Part shown: one piece after another, positions 36,013 through 41,456 of the stretch
How the letters are laid out: each line of letters opens with the position of its first letter
How positions within the stretch are numbered: position 1 is the first letter of the stretch
Origin: a virus
DNA: 41,456 nucleotides
Virus genome (UHGV): UHGV-1460059
Direction: 5' to 3' (one strand)
The notes under the pieces: model-generated
Told to the model about the DNA's origin: nothing
Databases searched by the model: none
The model's input: the letters and a program-made list of their open reading frames with translations, nothing else
Position numbers and translations under genes: made by a program

Positions 36013-37242
36013 ATGGCAAAAATCGCTAAGAAGCTCACTGACACTGAAATCAAAAGCACCAAGCCAGCCGATAAAGAAATCAACTTGTTTGACGGTGATG
36101 GTCTGATTCTACGAATCGCTCCTTTGGCGAAAGGAGGCAAGAAAAATTGGTATTTCAGGTATGCAGTACCAGTGAGCAAGAAAAGAACCAAAATGAGCCT
36201 TGGGACATATCCTCACCTTACCCTTGCAAGAGCCAGAGCCTTACGTGATGAATATCTCTCCTTTCTGGCAAATGGTGTTGATCCCCAAATCCATAACAAC
36301 GATAAGGCGAAGGCATTAAAGAGTGCTACTGAGCACACTCTCCAAGCCGTAGCGCGGAAATGGTTAGATGAGAAGGTAAAGACATCAGGTATCTCACAAG
36401 ACCATGCAGCAGACATCTGGCGCAGCTTAGAGAGAAATGTCTTTCCCGGTCTGGGTAATGTCCCTATCAATGAGATCCGACCTAAGCTCTTAAAACAACA
36501 CCTTGATCCTATTGAGCAACGAGGCGTATTGGAAACTCTACGCCGTATCATTTCACGTCTGAATGAAATCTTCCGGTGGGCAGCTACTGAAGAACTTATT
36601 GAGTTCAACCCGGCTGACAACCTTGGTCAAAGATTCAGTAAACCAAAAAAGCAAAATATGCCTGCCCTTCCCCCAAGCGAATTGCCAAGGTTTATGGAAT
36701 CTTTGACGAATGCGTCAATCCGGTTGGAAACACGTATGCTAATTGAATGGCAATTGTTGACATGGGTTCGTCCGGGTGAAGCCGTTCGCGCAAGGTGGTC
36801 TGATATTGATACAACCAACAGCATTTGGAACATTCCTGCTGATTTCATGAAAATGAAAAAGCTTCACAAAGTTCCTTTGAGTAAAGAAGCTTTGCGCATC
36901 CTTGAATTAATGAAATCAATAAGTGGGCATAGAGAATGGGTTTTCCCCAGCATAAAAGCGCCTCTTAATCATATGCATGAACAAACAGCCAACGCAGCTA
37001 TCATCCGAATGGGGTTCGGAGGCGAGCTTGTAGCTCACGGTATGCGTTCTATTGCACGAACAGCGGCAGAGGAGTCTGGTAAATTCAGAGCTGAAGTTCT
37101 TGAGGCAGCGCTTGCCCACTCGAAAAAAGATGAAATTATCGCAGCATACAATCGTGCAGAATATCTGATAGAGCGACAGAGTTTGATGCAATGGTGGAGT
37201 GATTACGTTCAAGCTCAAAGATCAAATGCTCTGGTAGCCTAA
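36013..37242 (+). CDS. P4-type tyrosine integrase (IntA-like)
   Basis: ATG at 36013 with GAGGG upstream. N-terminus MAKIAKKLTDTEIKSTKPADKEINLFDGDGLILRI… is typical of P4-family integrases; lies ~165 bp downstream of the ssrA-like fragment. Confidence 0.85.
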   Translation: MAKIAKKLTDTEIKSTKPADKEINLFDGDGLILRIAPLAKGGKKNWYFRYAVPVSKKRTKMSLGTYPHLTLARARALRDEYLSFLANGVDPQIHNNDKAKALKSATEHTLQAVARKWLDEKVKTSGISQDHAADIWRSLERNVFPGLGNVPINEIRPKLLKQHLDPIEQRGVLETLRRIISRLNEIFRWAATEELIEFNPADNLGQRFSKPKKQNMPALPPSELPRFMESLTNASIRLETRMLIEWQLLTWVRPGEAVRARWSDIDTTNSIWNIPADFMKMKKLHKVPLSKEALRILELMKSISGHREWVFPSIKAPLNHMHEQTANAAIIRMGFGGELVAHGMRSIARTAAEESGKFRAEVLEAALAHSKKDEIIAAYNRAEYLIERQSLMQWWSDYVQAQRSNALVA

Positions 37243-37280
37243 GTATCAGAATAGCTAATATAATCCTGAAGGTAAAGAAA

Positions 37281-37697
37281 ATGGAAACCCTATTCAAAGT
37301 TTTTGAAAAATTTAGTTCCAGACCACTTTTTTTTATTTTTTTCGGACTCTCACTTTGTGAATTTTTTCAGAAACAATCTGTTCTGATGAATCCATCAGCA
37401 GATAACATCGCGAAATTATTCGCAGCCATGATATTAGTTGTTTTTTTTACTTGGGGATTTGAATGGCTAATCTTCAAGTTCAATGTAAACCTTGAACCTC
37501 ATGATCAAGGCGATATTGGACCAACAATTGGAACGGCTACTTTAGCTGTATACTTAGTTTATGCCTTTCACTTTCTCAGTGAAAATCCTGAAGCATTAAA
37601 TTTAAAGTTATTAACTAACTCTGGCTTTATATACAGCACAACTCTATTATTATTCTCATTAGAATGCATGAAGCTTAGAAGACTTAAACAAAAATAA
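37281..37697 (+). CDS. Small membrane protein (138 aa), AT-rich island cargo
   Basis: Hydrophobic segments (PLFFIFFGLSLCEFF; LFAAMILVVFFTWGFEWLIF; TIGTATLAVYLVYAFHFL; FIYSTTLLLFSL). Confidence 0.4.
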   Translation: METLFKVFEKFSSRPLFFIFFGLSLCEFFQKQSVLMNPSADNIAKLFAAMILVVFFTWGFEWLIFKFNVNLEPHDQGDIGPTIGTATLAVYLVYAFHFLSENPEALNLKLLTNSGFIYSTTLLLFSLECMKLRRLKQK

Positions 37698-37728
37698 ACA
37701 ACATCATTGTGATGATAAATATAAAATA

Positions 37729-37755
37729 GGCATGGCGAAAAAAAATCACCACGCC
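37729..37755. terminator. Imperfect hairpin between convergent genes (candidate terminator)
   Basis: ggcatggcga-aaaaaaa-tcaccacgcc (8 of 10 pairs); U-rich on the minus strand after the stem. Confidence 0.35.
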
Positions 37756-37768
37756 TAAAATATAATAA

Positions 37769-39517
37769 TTATGGTAGCATCATTGATACATAATCCACAC
37801 CAATCCTTGAGCTATACTGAGACGCTATAGCCTGATATCTTTCTGCATAACCAGTTCTCAGTTGAGATTTAAGTTTGAGTCGGACAGGAACATTTTGCAC
37901 GTTGCCATCCATATTACTTAAAAACACGGCAGAAATAATATTTTTTTCTTCGCCATCAACTGTTGTTCCATGATTCAACACCACCATATAATCAACAACA
38001 GGAAGCGTTTTATCCCCTTCGAAAATAGAGAGATATTTTCTTTGATTTTTATGCATTACATATATATATTTCGAATGTTCAGCAAATGGCAATGCTTTAC
38101 TCTGACTGGCGTTAAAAAGCTCCAGAACTTTAATGAGCCTGTGCGGACTTAATCTTACATGGTGAGGGTCGTTACCCTGAGTAGGAACCAAATCACATGC
38201 CGCAGATACACATAAATACCATTTGTTCGACTCTGTATCAAAGAAAATAGTGCCAGTAGAAATATGACCATCTTCAAAATTCTTTGAAGACAAATTCATA
38301 TTTAAAGCATGATACATTTCGTGATAAGTATCATTATTTGATGGCAGATCCATTTTTGAAGAGCAATATTGGAGCAATGCAGCAACTCCGCTGTTAGCGT
38401 ATTCATTTGAATAGCTATCAAAAACACTTTTGATAAATTCATCCAGCGTATTATTATTTTTAAGTCTTTGATAAAGCTCTTCTGATAAATTACCAAATAC
38501 AAAGTCAATATTTCTACATCTAATATCAGGCGAGTCTGATTTTAATATCTCATTTAACCACGCAGCTTGACCGTAATGATCGTTAGCAAAATGATTTACA
38601 AAAGATAAAGCCTCAGCTTCGATTGCATTCTGAATTTCAGATTTTATTAACTGATAATAAGATGGTTTCCATTCAATGAGAGAATCATTGAGAGTTTGCC
38701 AAATCCTATCTCCATCGTTTTCATGATCATCTTGAACCTTATGAAATAGGGAGACAAAGATATTACCACATTGAATCCATTTTACTCCGCTTTCATCACC
38801 CCGAATGACATTGCCAGATGTGTTGCTAGAAATAATTGCATTTCTAGACACAGCATATTCTGCAATCATTTTTGCAATGAAGTTTTTATCCTTTTGATCC
38901 TCCAACACAGCATCATCATGTATTAATCTTTTAATTCTTCTACAAGGCTTACTGTCTTTAATATAGGCTATTGTTTCATCTCTTGTGAGAGCTTTATTAC
39001 CATTATCATTTAAGTTCGGTAATACAACGTCTTCCCAATAACTTTGGACATCTTCATTATCGTAGTCAATGATCAAGCTGTTGATATCCAGAGCACCTTT
39101 GAGAGTCGATGATATCTGCATCCAAACCGTTTCTAAATTCTCTCTAGTATATATTACAATCATATTTAAATGATCGGAGTCTTTCAAATCTTGTAATAGT
39201 TTAAGTGTTTTATCAGGTGCATTATTATCAAGATGATAATCTACAATAATAAGATCTGATTTTCTAATCCGATCCACATCGAAATTAACAGAACCATTGT
39301 CAACATCACAAATCATATTTTTAGATTGAAAAAAGCTCTCAAGAGTAGCGGCTCGTTTAGATGAGTCAATTTTGTTGTAGTCTAAATCAACTTCGTTATT
39401 CAACGCCCTGATTGATTCAGAATACGTCAGAAAATCGTCATCAATCATGACAACGGAACGAATTGCATTTTCGCAGAAAGTTTTCTGGACAAGAGAATTA
39501 TAATTTGCCACTGTCAT
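37769..39517 (-). CDS. Receiver (REC)-domain protein with ~450-aa uncharacterised C-terminal domain
   Basis: N-terminal REC-like signature: VVMIDDDF (acidic pocket), LIIVDYHL (phospho-acceptor Asp), NMIVIYT (Thr). Start preferred at ATG 39517, 1 nt after the upstream stop; ATG 39535 is the alternative. Very AT-rich. Confidence 0.5.
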   Translation of the reverse strand: MTVANYNSLVQKTFCENAIRSVVMIDDDFLTYSESIRALNNEVDLDYNKIDSSKRAATLESFFQSKNMICDVDNGSVNFDVDRIRKSDLIIVDYHLDNNAPDKTLKLLQDLKDSDHLNMIVIYTRENLETVWMQISSTLKGALDINSLIIDYDNEDVQSYWEDVVLPNLNDNGNKALTRDETIAYIKDSKPCRRIKRLIHDDAVLEDQKDKNFIAKMIAEYAVSRNAIISSNTSGNVIRGDESGVKWIQCGNIFVSLFHKVQDDHENDGDRIWQTLNDSLIEWKPSYYQLIKSEIQNAIEAEALSFVNHFANDHYGQAAWLNEILKSDSPDIRCRNIDFVFGNLSEELYQRLKNNNTLDEFIKSVFDSYSNEYANSGVAALLQYCSSKMDLPSNNDTYHEMYHALNMNLSSKNFEDGHISTGTIFFDTESNKWYLCVSAACDLVPTQGNDPHHVRLSPHRLIKVLELFNASQSKALPFAEHSKYIYVMHKNQRKYLSIFEGDKTLPVVDYMVVLNHGTTVDGEEKNIISAVFLSNMDGNVQNVPVRLKLKSQLRTGYAERYQAIASQYSSRIGVDYVSMMLP

Positions 39518-39518
39518 A

Positions 39519-41237
39519 TTAGAACTCCACTTCATTGAACTGGATCACAAAATTAGCGCCATCTTTTATTAAATAGTTATCGCCTTCATCAGGTTCTGAA
39601 TACCATATTTTATGATGTGCAACAGCAAGGTTTTCTCGACATAGATACAGACCTACCCCATGTCCATTTGCTCTTTTGCTATAAAATAGTTCAAATAGTC
39701 GCGGGATATCATCGGTATCAATTGCCGGACCAGAATTTGCTATGATAACCAAAGAATTCACAAAACCAATCTTTATGAGCCTATTATTTGACAGACTGAC
39801 CCAATACATTGCATTGTTGATAATATTAGTAAAAACAGGATAGATCCTTGATGGTATATCTGTTATTGCGATTTGCTTAAACTCTTCACTAAATTCAATA
39901 GTTATTCGTTGCCGTTCGAAACGCTCCCCAAAGAACTTCAGGACATAATCCATGATATTTTTTCCAGTTATTCTCTGCCTGGATTGATAACCTGATATTT
40001 TCAAAGGTGATAAGAAACGTATTTGTTGAGTAAGCGATCTGTGAGCATTTAACGCCAATGAAAAACCAGGGTGTTCTTTTACAGAAGTAGGAAGAGAGTT
40101 TAGTCCTCTGGTTACCATAGAATCCATTTCTTCAAGTTCATGAGATATTATCTCAACACTAATACCTAACTGTGCAAGCGCGTTTAAACTTTTAGCTTTT
40201 TCTTCAAAATATGAGCGTTCTTCTTCAGATAATGAGAATGCTGAATCTAAGTTTATACCTTCAAATAATCTATCGAGACCTTTTATTATTGATTGATATT
40301 TGAAAGTTAGGGTATCAACTGACTCAACATATAAACTATCGAGCAAATTAAACACATTTTCAATTTGTGAATCATTATCTATTGAATCAACAACTGATAT
40401 AGTTTTAGCATAATAATCACTTCGATCAACCTTTATTTCATCGGCCCATTTTTTTAAAAGAGAATGTATCTTCTCCTCTATCGTGTTATTAAACTTAGTT
40501 AGTTTAGAATTAATAATACCTTGATTTTTTTCAAGGTGATTTTTCGCTGACAATGAAGGCTCAAGTTTATTTAATTCAGAATCAAGTTTATTAATTGCTA
40601 ACTTCATTTGTAGAATATACGCAGAGAACTCATTAAATTTATCTCTGTAGTCTCTATATTTCTCTTCATACATTCCAAGTTTTGGAGGTTTGATAGGCGT
40701 TTTAATTTCACTGCGCAACGCATCTAAGTTTGTAAGATCACTGTCTATAATTTTAAGATAGTTTAAATCTAACGAACCATCAGTTTTATCAAGCTTAGTT
40801 TTCAGCCTTTTAACAGCCTCCAAGGAAGCATCAAGAACTGGTGTCTGATTCTTCAAAGCTTCTGAAAAACTTTTTTGTGTTGATTTTCGAGCTTGTTGTT
40901 GAGCAGATTTTCTTAACTCTTTTTCACGCTTAACTTGTTCTAAAAGCTCTTTACGGTCATCAGAACGTGAACCAAAAAATCTATCAGCAAGTTCAGTTAA
41001 CAAATTAGATATAATAGTTTTCAGTTCTCTTGCAGCCTGGTTTCTTATGAATCCCTCTCTCCCCGACTTATCTTTCAGCTCTTTATTACTGGATTGAGTA
41101 ATTCCAATATAACCAAAAATCCTTCTATTAGACCAATAATATCGCCCTGCATTCCATGAACGTCTTTCTTCTATCTGGAAGAAATCATTATCTACTCGAC
41201 CATAAGGTAATACTCTCAAGCTATCCCTAAAAATCAT
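39519..41237 (-). CDS. Soluble histidine-kinase-like protein (coiled-coil N-terminal region + HisKA/HATPase-like C-terminus), apparently 5'-truncated
   Basis: H-box-like ISHELEEM, N-box NIINNAMYW, G1 NSGPAID, G2 GHGVGLYLC; no TM segments. The reading frame stays open upstream of the first ATG to 41363 inside the IS end, with no start codon. Confidence 0.5.
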   Translation of the reverse strand: MIFRDSLRVLPYGRVDNDFFQIEERRSWNAGRYYWSNRRIFGYIGITQSSNKELKDKSGREGFIRNQAARELKTIISNLLTELADRFFGSRSDDRKELLEQVKREKELRKSAQQQARKSTQKSFSEALKNQTPVLDASLEAVKRLKTKLDKTDGSLDLNYLKIIDSDLTNLDALRSEIKTPIKPPKLGMYEEKYRDYRDKFNEFSAYILQMKLAINKLDSELNKLEPSLSAKNHLEKNQGIINSKLTKFNNTIEEKIHSLLKKWADEIKVDRSDYYAKTISVVDSIDNDSQIENVFNLLDSLYVESVDTLTFKYQSIIKGLDRLFEGINLDSAFSLSEEERSYFEEKAKSLNALAQLGISVEIISHELEEMDSMVTRGLNSLPTSVKEHPGFSLALNAHRSLTQQIRFLSPLKISGYQSRQRITGKNIMDYVLKFFGERFERQRITIEFSEEFKQIAITDIPSRIYPVFTNIINNAMYWVSLSNNRLIKIGFVNSLVIIANSGPAIDTDDIPRLFELFYSKRANGHGVGLYLCRENLAVAHHKIWYSEPDEGDNYLIKDGANFVIQFNEVEF

Positions 41238-41358
41238 TAGTCCTGCATACTTTTTGGCCTTAAGATCAAAGTGGGAATGTTCACGTTCAGTATGTGATGT
41301 ATTTTGTGAAAGGAATTCAAACGTTCCTATCTGAAGCTCAAATGGGCCGACCCCTGCG

Positions 41359-41456
41359 TGATCCTACCCACGTAATATGGACACAGGCCTAAGCGAGGTT
41401 CTTGTTTTCAAATTGTTCCGGACTGAGGCCGCCACACCAACTGTGCCGCCGCCACC
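41359..41456 (-). mobile_element. IS3-family insertion sequence, terminal ~100 bp (inverted repeat plus 3' end of the transposase gene), continuing beyond the window
   Basis: Terminus TGATCCTACCCACGTAATATGGACACAGGCC. Minus-strand translation of 41454..41387 gives …WRRHSWCGGLSPEQFENKNLA*, the conserved C-terminus of IS3-family OrfB. Matches the IS3 right end as recalled. Confidence 0.7.

Noticed and set aside
39517-39535. ORF-track start at 39535 for the REC-domain gene
   Set aside because: It lies inside the upstream gene with no RBS; the ATG at 39517 is 1 nt after the upstream stop and has a GGAG-like element, so it is preferred. Not experimentally resolved.

Overview
This window reads as the int-proximal ~35 kb of a lambdoid prophage followed by the start of a second integrative island. 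The prophage has an HK97-type head and packaging module and a Mu-like contractile tail, lysis genes, a Q-type late-control region, a replication/early-right operon and a cI/cro immunity switch. A degenerate 32-nt copy of the ssrA (tmRNA) 3' end (35816-35847) marks the junction with the second island, which starts with a P4-type integrase and ends in an IS3-family element at the window edge. Several AT-rich accessory loci sit in this backbone. The most interesting is an operon on the island encoding a soluble histidine-kinase-like protein and a receiver-domain protein with a ~450-aa unassigned C-terminal domain; the kinase gene appears 5'-truncated by the IS3 insertion. Others are a two-gene operon between int and the att remnant, a convergent overlapping gene pair next to cI, a ~280-bp GC-rich hairpin-dense non-coding element, and a polytopic membrane protein upstream of xis/int. 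All protein calls rest on reading the supplied translations and recalled family signatures; no database search or fold computation was run, so family names are hypotheses to confirm.
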